From the NCBI GenBank assembly GCA_054600435.1, contig BAAIJX010000032.1:62001-126000 (forward strand): DNA of 64,000 nucleotides, in the 5' to 3' direction. This document shows, piece after piece, positions 33,970 through 46,154 of the stretch (the stretch's first letter is position 1; every line of letters starts with the position of its first letter). The position numbers and the translations under genes are program-made. The DNA comes from Neophaeotheca triangularis (lineage: Eukaryota). The notes under the pieces are model-generated. The model was not told the DNA's origin, ran no database searches, and saw only the letters and a list, made by a program, of their open reading frames with translations.

Positions 33970-36612
33970 ATGGCAACTCTCAACACATCCTCCAACGGGC
34001 CCTCCATAACACAGAGCTACCAAAAGGTAGTCCAGTCGCCCCCGTCCTCTGGCTCGGCTGCCTCTTCCTCAACCTACGGCCAATGGGCGCTATACAGCGT
34101 GCAAGCCCCTCTTGTCAGCGCCTTCCAGGCTGAATCTGGCAAGGAGAGTGTGCTCAAGGTTCAAACGACGGGCGAGGGCGAGCTCATTGATCTGATCGAA
34201 GATTTCTCCGATGGCCGCATCCAATTCGCCTTTGTCAAGGTCAAAGACAGCAATTCGGGCCTGCCCAAGAATGCCCTCATCTGCTGGTGCGGTGAAGGCG
34301 TTCCGGAAAGGACAAAAGGCTACTTCACCTCGCATATGACGGCCGTGGCTAAGCTCTTGCATGGCTATCACGTCCAAATCACTGCGAGAAGCTCTGAGCA
34401 CTTGACTCCCGAAGCCATTATGCAAAAAGTGGCAGACTCGAGTGGAAGCAAATATGGCGGCGGAAGCGATGAGGCCTCCGCACCTAGCGACGGCCCACCT
34501 CTCCCAGCTGCTTCCAAGCCAAAGCCGGCGATGCCAACCAAAACCTTCGGCGCGAGCGGTGGTGGTGGAATGTACTCGCTGGGCGGCAGAGCAGCTCGAT
34601 CGCAAAAACAGAGCTCTGACAATGACGGCTGGGGAGAGGACGCGCCTGAAGTTACACGGTCGCAGCTGGAGAAGGTGGCACCAGCATACCAGCCGACCAA
34701 GGTCAACATGTCCGAGCTTCAGTCCCAAAAGCAGACATCAAACTACCAGGCACCCGAGAGAGGCAATGGTGGAGCAGATGTAGTCAAAGGCGGCTACCAA
34801 CCCGTCGGCAAGGTCGACATCAACGCCATCCGACAGCAGGCGAAAGAGTCTGGAAACTTGCAGGATGACCGACCGACAACAGTGAAAGGCACGTATGAGC
34901 CGGTAGGGAAGGTGGACATCAACGCTATCAAAGCCAAAGCACAAGGCGCGCCTGCACAAGCCGAGCCTTCTCCCCCAGCGCAGGAAGAGGAACGCCCGCA
35001 GAGCCTTGCAGAACGCTCAGCTGCCTTTACTTCTACGGATGCGCCTTCTGAGCGTATGACCAGCATGCCAAAGCCAAAGGTCGCCAACCGTTTCGGATCG
35101 CAAACCAGCTCCTTTGCCGGCACCAAAGCACCCACCCCAGGTGGCTTTCCCGAATCCAAACCAGCCGCAACAGGTGCACCTCCAATTGGTGCCGCGAGTC
35201 GAACGTTCGCTGACGAAGGTGGAAAGACGCCTGCGCAAGTTTGGGCGGAGAAAAAGGCGCGCGAGCGTGGTGACAGCAACCCACCGGCGCCTCAGGTAGC
35301 ATCCAACACCGGGGCCTCGGGCACCGGGCCTGCCTCACCAATCGCAAGCCAGCAGAGTGGGCAATGGCAGTCTGGCTACGAGGGCAAGAAGTGGGGCGTT
35401 CAGATCCCCACCCGCACTGGCGGCAGCGGTGTCAGCGCGCAGAAGACCGGCCAAGACGAGCCACCGGCGCAAGACGAAGCTCAAGAAAACGAGCCCCCAA
35501 CAGGTGGCGTTGGCTCTATCCGCGACCGCTTCGCAGGCGCACCACCCATGGGCGCACCATCTCAAGCCCCAGCACCCTCGGCACCTTCGCCACCCGCTGC
35601 GCCCTCCGCGCCCTCCCCACCACCCCTCGACACAGCCTCGAAGCCCAACGCCGGCGCTCGCGGAGTACCTATGCCAGGCCTACCCCAGCGCCCCGCCGAG
35701 GACGAAGAGGAGGAGGAAGAAGAGCAGCAGCGCAACGTGCCCCGCGAACAGCACCAAGAGCTGCCCCCACCACCGCAACCCGCTCACCCCCGCGACGAGT
35801 CCCCCGACCAAGAAGACGAGCCCTACCCCCGCGGCTCCCCCATCCGCGTCGCCATGCCCGTCGCGCGCGACCCCTCTCCCGCGCCCCTCCCAGCTCCAGA
35901 AGCCGAAGGCCCCCGCTCCCCTCCTCCCATGCCCACTGACAGCATCAACGACGCCATCAGCGCAAACAAAGAAGCCGACATGGAGCCAGAGCCGCGCATC
36001 GAGGAAAACGATCCCGCCCGCGGCGCAGGCCAAGCGGCCGCCACAGGCAATTTCGGCCAAGCGCAAGATGTCCGTGGCCAAGGCAACGGCGGCGGAAAGT
36101 CAGCTGTCGCGCAGTACGACTACGAGAAGGCCGAGGACAACGAGCTGGAGCTGCGCGATGGCGAGAGGATCAGCAACATCGAGATGGTGGACGAGGACTG
36201 GTGGATGGGGCAGAACAGCCGGGGCGAGACGGGCTTGTTCCCTAGCAACTACGTGGAGCTCGTCGATGACAACGACGGTGGTGCTGGTGCTCCTGCATCT
36301 CAAGCCGCTGCTCCCACGCCTGCTGCGGCACCTGCTCCTGCTGCTGCCCCCGCCCCTCCTGCCGGGGGCAAAACGGCCGTCGCACAGTACGATTACGACG
36401 CCGCTGAGGACAATGAGTTGAGCTTCCCGGACGGTGCTACGATTACTGGTGTGGTGAGTTCAAACCCCTGACGTGTTTGATTACGACGAACAAAGGATTT
36501 TTGACTGATTGATGTGCGTTTATAGGAATTCCCAGACGACGACTGGTGGTTCGGCCAGTACAATGGCAAGAGCGGCTTGTTCCCTGCCAACTACGTCGAG
36601 TTGAACAGGTAG
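33970..36612 (+). CDS. ABP1: Actin-binding protein Abp1/App1 (ADF-H domain, Pro-rich linker, two SH3 domains)
   Basis: ADF-H (DFSDGRIQFAFVKVKD...WCGEGVPERTKG); SH3 AQYDYEKAEDNEL...DEDWW...GLFPSNYV; second SH3 completed by intron 36454-36525 (EFPDDDWW...LFPANYV). Confidence 0.93.
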
Positions 36613-36951
36613 ATGGTTTGCGTACTAGGACAAGGGGACGGAGGCTGGCTGGTCAAGGCAGATGCAGAACCCGACGAAGAAGACAAAAAGCGTGACAGTA
36701 TCTGTACATACGCAATTCCCTATTTCCATGCTTTGCTGTGAATTATAGCGATTGAACTCTTGGAGTAAGAAAGAGTCCATGAATAGAAAGTACTCCTGTC
36801 CTCGTGGCTGCTACCCTGTCGCGTCATCACAAGCCCAGACCAAAACAATCACCCCCGAACGCCAACGCTACGAAACACGCACTCATGAAAACACCGAGCA
36901 CCAGCACCACCACCACATTTTCGAAAAGTAGGCATCGCTACCACACAGAAC

Positions 36952-38216
36952 TCAAGCACGCTTCCTCAACACCCTGCCACTAGCAGCGGGCGCAACATTC
37001 TCCTTCTTCCCCGCAGTCCCCGCGGCCTTCTTGCCCTTATCCACCGCATCCCTCATCGCGGCCCTGACGCCTCCGGTCTTCTTGCCAGCACTACTAGCCG
37101 TCGCCGCAGCAGCCGCCGCTACGCCACCTGCCTTCTTCCCACTCGCCGACGGCGCAGTCGTGCGGTTGACGATCGTAGTTCCGACGGAAGTGTCGTCGCT
37201 TTCCCTACTTTGGCGACGTTCTTTCTCCGCATTCTTCTTCGCCGCGGCGGTCGTGCGAGCCGGCGCAGTGGGCTTGGTCTTGGTGGTAGTGCTGTTGACG
37301 GCTGTAGGACCTGCTTGGCGGCTCGTGGTGCGCGAGCGTGGGTTTGCGGCGGCATTGGCGTGTTGGGTGGACAGTTGGGGCGCGGCGGGTTTGGCGGGGC
37401 TGACGGCCGAGCGGGCGGCGGCAAAGGTTGCGTGGGAAAGGGGTTGAGGTTTCGACTTTTCGGGGGATTGCGAGGGGCCTGGGGCGGGGTTGGTTTGGGA
37501 GTTGTGGGAGCGGGGAGAGAGGACGCCGGCCGGGTTGATGGGTCGTGAGGGGGGCGGTGGCAATTTATTGGTGGTGGTGTTTTGGCGGGAGGTGGTGCGG
37601 GTTGCTTTTGTGTTGGCGGTCGTGGGTGCAGTGGTTATGGGTTGAGTCGCTTTGGTGGCGCGTTTCTTGGGGTTGGGGAGATCGTGAGGTTTCGTTTGCG
37701 AAGAGGATGTTTGGTTCTCTTGATCGACAGGAGGTTGTGGGCTGGGTGTCGAGTTAGGTTTCGTCGTTTTCGTCGTCTGTCCGATCTGATCATACCTCAT
37801 CTTGACTCTCTTGTTGGTGCCTTCTTCCTTGGCCCTCTCCTTCTCCGCATGCTCTTCTGCGAGATCACACATCTTCCTCTTGCGCAATGCCTGTGGAATG
37901 CGATTGACGCGCATCTCCAAGCGAGCCCTCAGTCCCTGGGCCTGCAACGCATACTGCGCGCGAAGTTTCCTGGCACGTTCGCTAACTATGGAAAAGTGGT
38001 TAGCAATCGACTTCATGAACTTCAATACTGCTAAGGTTGGACCTTACTTTCAAGTTGTAGATTATCGACCAACGCCTGTCGCTGCGCCGCTGTGATGCCG
38101 ACTGCGCGCTTCGAAGGGCTTTGCGCTGGCGTGCCGGTGGGAGTCGAGGGTTTCAAAGGGACCATGGCCGGCTGCTGAGTACTCTCCTGCTTCGAGGCTG
38201 CGCGTTTGGGTGGCAT
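36952..38216 (-). CDS. Borealin/Nbl1 N-terminal domain protein (chromosomal passenger complex)
   Basis: ATG 38216; intron 38047-37986 gives QRQALVDNLQLE-ISERARKLRAQY...LEMRVNRIPQALR; probable in-frame intron 37795-37742; basic disordered tail. Confidence 0.85.
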
Positions 38217-38571
38217 GTTGTCGTTGTCGTGCTTGTAGGCAATATTTCGTTTGTATGCTCTCTGTGTATTCAATGTTGACTGAAGCTCTCGGGTCGCGAT
38301 TGCAGCTGCCGCGAATCAAAACAAACGGCCCAGACGTACCCGCTCGGCTCCTCCCGCCGAGCCTCATACGGCTCACGTCCGTCACTTGTAGGTTAGGTGA
38401 GCTTCGTGCTCGTCCATCGGCTGTCGACCTCGCCATCGACAACACCTCTCCGCCGTACCACTTCATAATTGTCTACACTTTACTTCACTGCACTATCAAA
38501 CCTTTTGCTTCCAGCAAATATCCCGAACGAGACACAGAAACACCGCGCAGACCTCCACTAAAACCGCCAAG

Positions 38572-39635
38572 ATGGGCTTGGAGGCGACGATGATAGTGTA
38601 CGCTGTCACCATCTTGATCAATGCCCAACACTTACTGATGCTCTCCATGTAGTGTGGACAACTCGGAGTCCTCCCGTAACGGCGATTACCTACCCTCAAG
38701 ATGGGACGCCCAGTCCGACGCCGTCAACCTCATATTCCACTCCAAAACCCAAGCAAACCCCGAGAGCTCAGTCGGCTTGATGTCTATGGGTGGCAGCGGC
38801 CCTGAAGTCCTCACAACTCTCACTACCAACCCCGGCAAAGTTCTCGACGGCCTGCATAGAACAAAGATAAGAGGAGAGGGTCATCTCTACACCGGCATCA
38901 TGATTGCTTCGGTGAGTTCTAGCCACCGGGTCCCGCAAGACGAACCTTGACCTAAAGCAAATAACATCTACGCAGCTCGCTCTCAAGCACCGCCAGAACA
39001 AGTCCCAGCGCCAACGCATCATCGTCTTCACCTGCTCGCCCCTCACAGACTCCAGTTCGACCCTAACCAAACTCGCCAAACGCATGAAAAAGAACAACAC
39101 CAGCGTCGACATCGTAGCTTTCGGCGATCTTTCCGACGAGAACCTCGAAAAGCTCCGCGCTTTTAACGAAGCGGTTAAAGGTGGCGAAGGCTCGCACCTG
39201 GAAATCGTCCACCCAGGCCCAAACCTACTCTCGGACTCAATCGTCGCCTCACCGATTCTAGCGGGCGAGGGTGGTGCAGGCGCTGCGGCCGCAGCACAAG
39301 GCGGTGCTGGCGGTGAAGGCGGCCAAGGAGGCGGCGACTTTGAGTTTGGTGTCGACCCGAGCATGGACCCTGAGCTGGCACTTGCGCTGAGGATGAGTTT
39401 CGAGGAAGAGCGGAATCGGCAGGAAAAGGACAAGAGGGAGCAGGATGCCAAGGAGGGCAAGACGAGCTTGGAGGCTGTGCCCGAAGGCGAGGAGGCGGAT
39501 GCTTCGAAGCCGTTGTTGGATAGTAACGGCGAGCCTAGTGGCAGTGCCAGCCAGACTGTCGGGCAGGAGACGGAGGTTAAGAGGCCGGAGGACAAGAAGA
39601 AGGACGACGATGATGACAAAATGGATACCGCTTGA
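38572..39635 (+). CDS. RPN10: 26S proteasome ubiquitin receptor Rpn10
   Basis: Exons 38572-38597, 38653-38911, 38976-39635; vWA motifs LEATMIVVDNSESSRNGDY and LALKHRQ; UIM FGVDPSMDPELALALRMSFEEE. Confidence 0.97.
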
Positions 39636-40313
39636 GATAGAATAAACGTGGAGTCGGGTCGGGGACGGAGGAGATGGCTCAGAGTGCTTTGAGTTCCCGT
39701 CGTGGCTACCCAATTCAAGCGACAATTAGAGCGAATTGTAAGATGAGCAAAGTTACCTACGTTGACTCTGCCGCAACAGATCTTGCTTCTGTTTTGGAGG
39801 CCCGTCAGGACTGCATCACCCCATCAATCTCCAAGCGACCCAAGCTTGACGCGCACAGAGCAGTCTTTCCCTGACAAACATCGCACTTTCGGACCTCGCG
39901 AGCACAAGAGCCCCCCGAACCCTTCATAACTACAATGGTGTATCCAAGACGAGCTTGGCCAAGCCTTCAGCACCAAGCCCTCAACAATCCCCCGGCTACA
40001 TGTCGAGCCCCTTCCCCTTCCCCTTCCCTTTTCCGCGCCAAACGATCCGCAATCCAATCCCATATATCAGGTATACTTTGCCGGGGTGATGGAGCTCACT
40101 CACTCCGTAAGCAGCCGCAGCCAGTCAAGACCCAAAAAGAAAAAAAAGAAAAAAACCTACTTCCATAAATCGCCGCCCAACCAAGCAGGCCCCCAAACCT
40201 AGCAGCACAAAACAGCCATCTCCAAAAACAGCCATAATGTCGACCCCGCGCACCGACCGTACTGCCGCGCATGCCCGTTAGCCGTGCTCCAGACCAAAAC
40301 AGGACGAGAGAGA

Positions 40314-40343
40314 GAAGAAGAAGAAGAAGAAGAAGAAGAAGAA
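40314..40343. repeat. (GAA)n microsatellite
   Basis: About 10 GAA units. Confidence 0.9.
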
Positions 40344-40760
40344 AAAAAAGAGTGTAAAAGTCTGCCTCAAACATCTCTCGCCTTAACAGGTTTGCAAGTT
40401 TCTATGTAGGTTATTTTGCACGTCCAAGGCTGTGCTGCCGATCTACACGACCACAATTTGCAAAACACTTTGTACCCCGTGGACCGAAATTGCCTGTAAT
40501 ATGTTTTTGATTCTGTCGCTTCGAAAGAAAAAGGAAAAAAAGGAAGAAAAAGGGTGGGGTATCTCATACGACCAGAAAAGAAAGAAGAAAAAGAGAAAAA
40601 GAGAAGTTCAAAACACCGCCATCATCACGTCACACCAAACCAGATCAAACCACTGTATATCTTCCTCGGAACCCACGGGGATCCGCGAAACCGCTACCGC
40701 TACCGCCCTTTCCCATCTCCTTGCCCCCCTCATCCTCCACTTCCCCCAAGCAACCTAACC

Positions 40761-43427
40761 TCACTCGTTTCCCCAACCCTCAGCCCACCTCTCCTGCTCC
40801 CGCCTATACTCTTCCCGCGCCCGCGCATTCCCGGCCGCAGCCCCCGATTCCTCTGTCCACACTTCTCGCTCCATGGAAAGCCCCTCGCGACCAGGACCCG
40901 AGGGCGGTGGAAGCGGTGGAGGCCGTACTGGTATTTGGCTGGGACCTTTGCTCGATTCGGATTTCTCTGATCGCTGCTCTTCTTCGTCTTCTGGGAGCTT
41001 CTGAGGCGGTGCGGGGGTGGGACCGGACTGGGAGCGTGAGTGAGAGGGCGTGGGGTTTTCGTTGTAGGAAGAGGGGTGGGTGAGCGTGAATAGCGGGTCG
41101 GGGAAGTAGCGCTGTTGGAGAGTTTGCGCGGCCAAGTCGCGCTGCTTGTCTGTCGGCCCTTGCCCACCTTCCTCGGACTCCCCCTCAGCCTCCGCCTCCA
41201 CGTCTTCGCCCTCCCCTTGTTCACCCTCCACATCAGGCGTGTCGTACCCCGTACCCTCTGCTCCTTCCTCGCTGCCCTTACCCGTAGAACTGACGAAGCT
41301 CAACCCACTGCGCCGCGCGCCTCCTCCACCTCCACCTCCAACTCCACCTTCTCCTTCTCCTCCTTCTCCTTCGAGCCCTGCGCTTCCTCCTCTGCCTTCC
41401 GTTTCAGTGCGCTCTGCCTCTTTCTTAGCATGCACCTTCCTCAAGTTGTTGGCGGAGCTTACTGAGCGCATGTCCGGCCGACCGTCTTTGCGGATCAAAA
41501 TACCTTCGGCATTGCGAGTGGGCTTGGTGCGAGATTTTTTGCTTTCGGCGTGCGTCGTCTCGCCGCTGCTGCTTATGGTTGAGATGCGGAAGGCTTGGTT
41601 TGGGTGGACAGGGAGCATGGGAGTGTTGGGAGGGAGGACGCTTGTTGGGTCGAGAGGACGGTGCGTTTGTGATTCGTGGAGGTTCTGGGCTGGTGAATGC
41701 ATTGCTGCTGTGGGCTGGCGCATGTGATTTGTGCTGGGGGAGTAGAGGGGTAGGCCGGTGTAGTAGCCGTTTGGGGAGGTGCGGCTGCCAGTCCAGCCGG
41801 CGACTTTCTCCCACTCTGGTGTACTCGTACGTGGCCTTGTTTCGTCTTGGAGGCTGCTTTCATTGCCGCTGCCTCTGCTTCTACCTCTGCCACGACCGCG
41901 GCCCCTTGTGCGCACACGGCCGCCGCGGCTCCCGGGGCCATGAGCAGGCCGGATTTCTTGGGTATTTACGAGCTGCTGCTGCTCTGGCTCAGCCATCATC
42001 CATGGGCCTTGGTTTCCAACTTGTCCCATGGATGGAATAGAACGGTAGCTGCTGGTGGAAGCAGAAAGCCCCTGCGCTGATGGGATCGTGGAAGTGATTG
42101 TTGGATGAACTTGATGTGCGGATTCGCCCGAATATGGCCAATGTCGGGTTGTATGTGCAGGATCTGACGTGACCGTCGTCCCAGGGTTCAGTGGGTGATA
42201 TGGCGACTGCAAGGGCCCGTAGCTGTCCTCCTGGTGGCCGCTTCGGGGCATGATTGGTGCCAGCCGCGGCCGTTTCGGCGACCCGGGACTCTCCCCTGGC
42301 TGAAGTGGACGATCGTCAAAGGGTCTCTTGTGAGGCTGCGAGGCATTGACAGCTGCCCAGCCGCTGGCTTGGAGTTCTGTCGGGCTGCCATGTGTTGGCG
42401 CTGTTGGTGGAGGCGGCATCGATTGGGCGTGAACTGCCTGTGCTTGTCCCTCGGCCACTCGCCAGCCTGCCATCGCCGAAGGCGGAGGGAGAGGCTCATC
42501 GGGCCGGGGGTAAGCTGCGTGAGCTACGGAGGCGGAAGCGCTGGCGCTAGGATGTCCAGAGTGAGGAGCAGTCGGGTGCATGAACAAAGCCGATTCAGCC
42601 TGTGGGTCATGACCAACAGCATGGTGGTAGTTCTGCTGCCTAATCTCTGCTGATGAGGCCACAGATGCCGTTCGCATGGGTGGAAGCGCCTGGTGGTGCT
42701 GAAGGTGGGAATGCTGCTGTCTATGGTGCGTCGTCGGGGCTTGACCGGGGCCCGAAGACTCTCGACGGGCAGAGCCTGTAGCCTCCAATGGATGGCTTGC
42801 GGTAGAGGGTGAGCCCTGGTGCTCTAGATGTTTCATGCGTCGCTTCATCAGCTCTAACTGCATCTTGAGCCCGTCGACCTCATTCGCTTTGTCAGAAACA
42901 CTATCTAGCTGCTCGGCGATGACGTTAGAAACCCCTCGACCCCCTCGTCGCCGCTGAGCGTCGCCAGATCGCGGCCGGGACGGAAGGACGTTTAGTTCGG
43001 TGCGAATGTCGTTGAGAAGCGCCAGGACGTGGGCCATTTCCTGCTGCAGTCTGCCGACGGCATGCTCGACGCGCGAAACATCCCTCCGGTGAGCATCGAC
43101 CATGCTGGTATTGTAAGTGACCTGGGTCTGCAGACGTGATATGGCGCCGGACCAGACATCTTGGGGCGGCGGGTAAGATTGCAGGTGGTGATGAGGGTCG
43201 ACATGAACATGTTGCGGTGCTGGAGCCGAGTGCAATTGCGGGTTATCCGTGATTTGATTATTGTTATTATTATTGTTGTTGTTGCCGGCTTCATCACTGC
43301 TAAAAGTCCGAGAGGCGGCTTGCCTGATGGAGGCCTCTGAAGGCGGGGGGAGATCCATGCGATGTCGGGGTCCGGGTGTCGCTTCAGTCTTGATTACTAC
43401 CTCGACGTCGCCTTGCCCTTCCATCAT
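40761..43427 (-). CDS. Uncharacterised disordered protein with coiled coils and a basic motif
   Basis: Single long ORF, first ATG 43427 (MMEGQGD); coiled-coil segments; RGRGRGRGR; KKSRTKPTRNAEGILIRKDGRPDMRSVSSANNLRKVHAKKE. Confidence 0.8.
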   Translation of the reverse strand: MMEGQGDVEVVIKTEATPGPRHRMDLPPPSEASIRQAASRTFSSDEAGNNNNNNNNNQITDNPQLHSAPAPQHVHVDPHHHLQSYPPPQDVWSGAISRLQTQVTYNTSMVDAHRRDVSRVEHAVGRLQQEMAHVLALLNDIRTELNVLPSRPRSGDAQRRRGGRGVSNVIAEQLDSVSDKANEVDGLKMQLELMKRRMKHLEHQGSPSTASHPLEATGSARRESSGPGQAPTTHHRQQHSHLQHHQALPPMRTASVASSAEIRQQNYHHAVGHDPQAESALFMHPTAPHSGHPSASASASVAHAAYPRPDEPLPPPSAMAGWRVAEGQAQAVHAQSMPPPPTAPTHGSPTELQASGWAAVNASQPHKRPFDDRPLQPGESPGSPKRPRLAPIMPRSGHQEDSYGPLQSPYHPLNPGTTVTSDPAHTTRHWPYSGESAHQVHPTITSTIPSAQGLSASTSSYRSIPSMGQVGNQGPWMMAEPEQQQLVNTQEIRPAHGPGSRGGRVRTRGRGRGRGRSRGSGNESSLQDETRPRTSTPEWEKVAGWTGSRTSPNGYYTGLPLYSPSTNHMRQPTAAMHSPAQNLHESQTHRPLDPTSVLPPNTPMLPVHPNQAFRISTISSSGETTHAESKKSRTKPTRNAEGILIRKDGRPDMRSVSSANNLRKVHAKKEAERTETEGRGGSAGLEGEGGEGEGGVGGGGGGGARRSGLSFVSSTGKGSEEGAEGTGYDTPDVEGEQGEGEDVEAEAEGESEEGGQGPTDKQRDLAAQTLQQRYFPDPLFTLTHPSSYNENPTPSHSRSQSGPTPAPPQKLPEDEEEQRSEKSESSKGPSQIPVRPPPLPPPSGPGREGLSMEREVWTEESGAAAGNARAREEYRREQERWAEGWGNE

Positions 43428-46154
43428 CTGTCCCCCATGGTGAGCAAAAGTGGATGGCTGAGAGGCTCTGCTGCTGCTACTGGTAGGTAGGTAGGTAGGT
43501 AGTAGTCTCCGATGTCGGGACACTGCTGCCTGACGACAACAGGCCAGGTGAGTTGAGATTGGAAGACGACGGGAGGAAGGTCAGGTCATCCAAGTTACGA
43601 GAACGAGAACAAGAACAAGATCAAGGACAAGATCAAGGCAGGCACAGTCGTTGGAAGAGGAAGAAGGCGCGGATGGCTACCCAAGTTAGCTATAACGAGC
43701 AAAGCTTGGAAAACTATAGGTACCTTAGCTAAGGTACTACTACTTTTTAGTAGCTAAAGGTAAGGTACAAGTAGGTAGTACAGTACTAACAGTAGTAGTA
43801 AGCATGGCTCTGGCGCAAAGTAAGTTTGCAGTAATAATTAGGTCTTGACGACGACGGATTCTAGACCACCATTTACCTTAGTTTGCATGTGTGTGATGGG
43901 TGTGATGTGTGGAGCTGAAGCAGTCCTTAATTTCGCTCGAGTCAACAGGTTACAGGTTATAGCACTACTAATACTACTAACATGGCAACAGCAGGACAGG
44001 ATGAGTTAGTTAGGTAGAGCGCTGATGAGCTAAGGTAAGGTACGTGTAAGTTAAAGATCAGCGAGCGTTGGCCAGGTAGGTACTTAGTAGATACCTAGTA
44101 GGTAGTACCTCCTACCTTGAAAAAGCTTGTCAGGGGGCCATTGGCCAATTTGGCAGTATAAGGTACAAGCCGGCACCTAAATAATAATAATAATAATAAG
44201 AGTGAAGAAAGCTAGGGTCGTACGTTTTATTAGCCGTCTTAGCGCGGCGTGGTATTTGATTTGATCGATTTGATTAGGTAGGTAACATTACCTAGATATT
44301 GCACTAGATCCTGATTGAACCGCAGGACAACCTTGCCTTTTTTTCTATACTAACAGTACTAGTCCGCAAATTCATCCTTACCTTAAGGCACTTGTATAAA
44401 GTTTGCGACGAATCGCCAATTGGCGACCTAACGATCGTAGTGCATTTCCAATTCCCGGGTTTTGGATTTGATGAAAGATACTTGGAAGTGTACATAACTC
44501 ACTTACATTTGGCTTCATTAGGTAACAACCTGACAGGATTCCCATTGTCTTATCTGTCCGGGAGGGAAAACAGCCGTAGATCGATGTGCAGGGATTTGCA
44601 TCCTATAGGAGTCGCTTTTGGTTTGATTAAAGCTGAGGTGGTAGTAGTACACGTATAGGGTATTTATCGTATTTTTAATTATTGATTGTATATAATAGGT
44701 ACTAGGTAGATGACATGCAGAGATTGACCACTATCGAAATGGGCGTTAGGTGGGGTAACCCTGTAATAAGATGCTGTGCAGGGTCTATAACTTATCAGGA
44801 GGTACGAGGATCCATCAGCATATATAACTTAAAGGTTGTCAAAGAACTCCGAGCGCCTGTGTGACCAGCTAAAAGTTCCAGCCTAGCCGACCAGGTTTTA
44901 GCGTGTCATCGATACTACTACTACTACATACAGTAAGTAGTGAAATATTATATCTCGGCCTCGAACGTTATTTCGTCTAATTTCAGATTCATTTGCAAAG
45001 TGCACGCCTATCTGTGAAGCCTGCTTGTATCTTATGTCGTCGTAGCTACGAGACTGGTCGAGATAACACTTCATTACGCTTATACATGCACTATGCATGA
45101 CGCGGAATAGTCGCCGCTCGCGTCCGGGTTCTACGAAAGGGTGCCCAGATGAGCGATCAGATGCAGTACCGGTACTTATTAAGTACCTACTTGCACCAAA
45201 CTTGCCCGTGCTTCACTGCTCACTATTTGTGCTCTTTTCCGAAATCTGACAGCTCACTCTTGATCTGTCGCCCGTGAACGATATGGCGCAGGCTCGGCAT
45301 CGAAGTACGGCATGCAGCTTGTTGCGAAAGGGAGTGGAATGTCGGCACATGGCAGCAGGCTGTTGTGAGATGCCCGTCGTCTGTCACAGTCTCTATGCGA
45401 GCTCTGCTTTCGAACCGTGCCCGCTGAAAGAGAGTTCACTGGTGAGGCGGACGAACAGGCGGACGAACAGTCACACAAACGCCTGCCTCGGAGCTAGAAA
45501 CGCTGTCAAGCATTCGCTAACACCGCCGTCCTCGGTGATGTTTGCAATGTTGGTCTTGGATCGTGGGTGTAGACGCCCAGTAGCGTTTTGGACAAGTGTT
45601 CTCCAGCTACCTATACTTTCCATATAGAGTATGCCGCGATCAGAATGCCTTCTGGCGGCTGCTTCGGAGTGATTCTGTGCTTTGGCAACATCACACGTGC
45701 TGGCACATTTCGATTTACATATCTTGATGAAGACCATAGTGGCATGTAAGTTGGTCGAATCGTGAATCACCGAGAGTTGTGAATGAATAAACCTTGAAGG
45801 AACTGGATGTATCGTGGGCACGTGCCCTGATGTGGATGCTTACTTAAGCGTGTCGGGGAAGCGCGACACTTCACCGAGCGCGGCAGTCACAGTTGCAAGT
45901 TCACATGTTGCGTCAAGCTCGCAGCAGTCTGCTGCCTCATCCCATTCCAACACACGACCTCAAGGAGTTCGCCTACGACTGCGACGGCAAACAACTCTCC
46001 GTGAACTGCGACATCCGCAGACGCTACCCTCGATCCGTATTCGAAGCGACAACCTCACCGCATGAGCGCACACGACAGCGCATAAGTGAGCTCTAGGTGC
46101 GGAGGTCGAGAGACGGACAACGGACAACCTCTCCCACAGCACCAACTCACAACT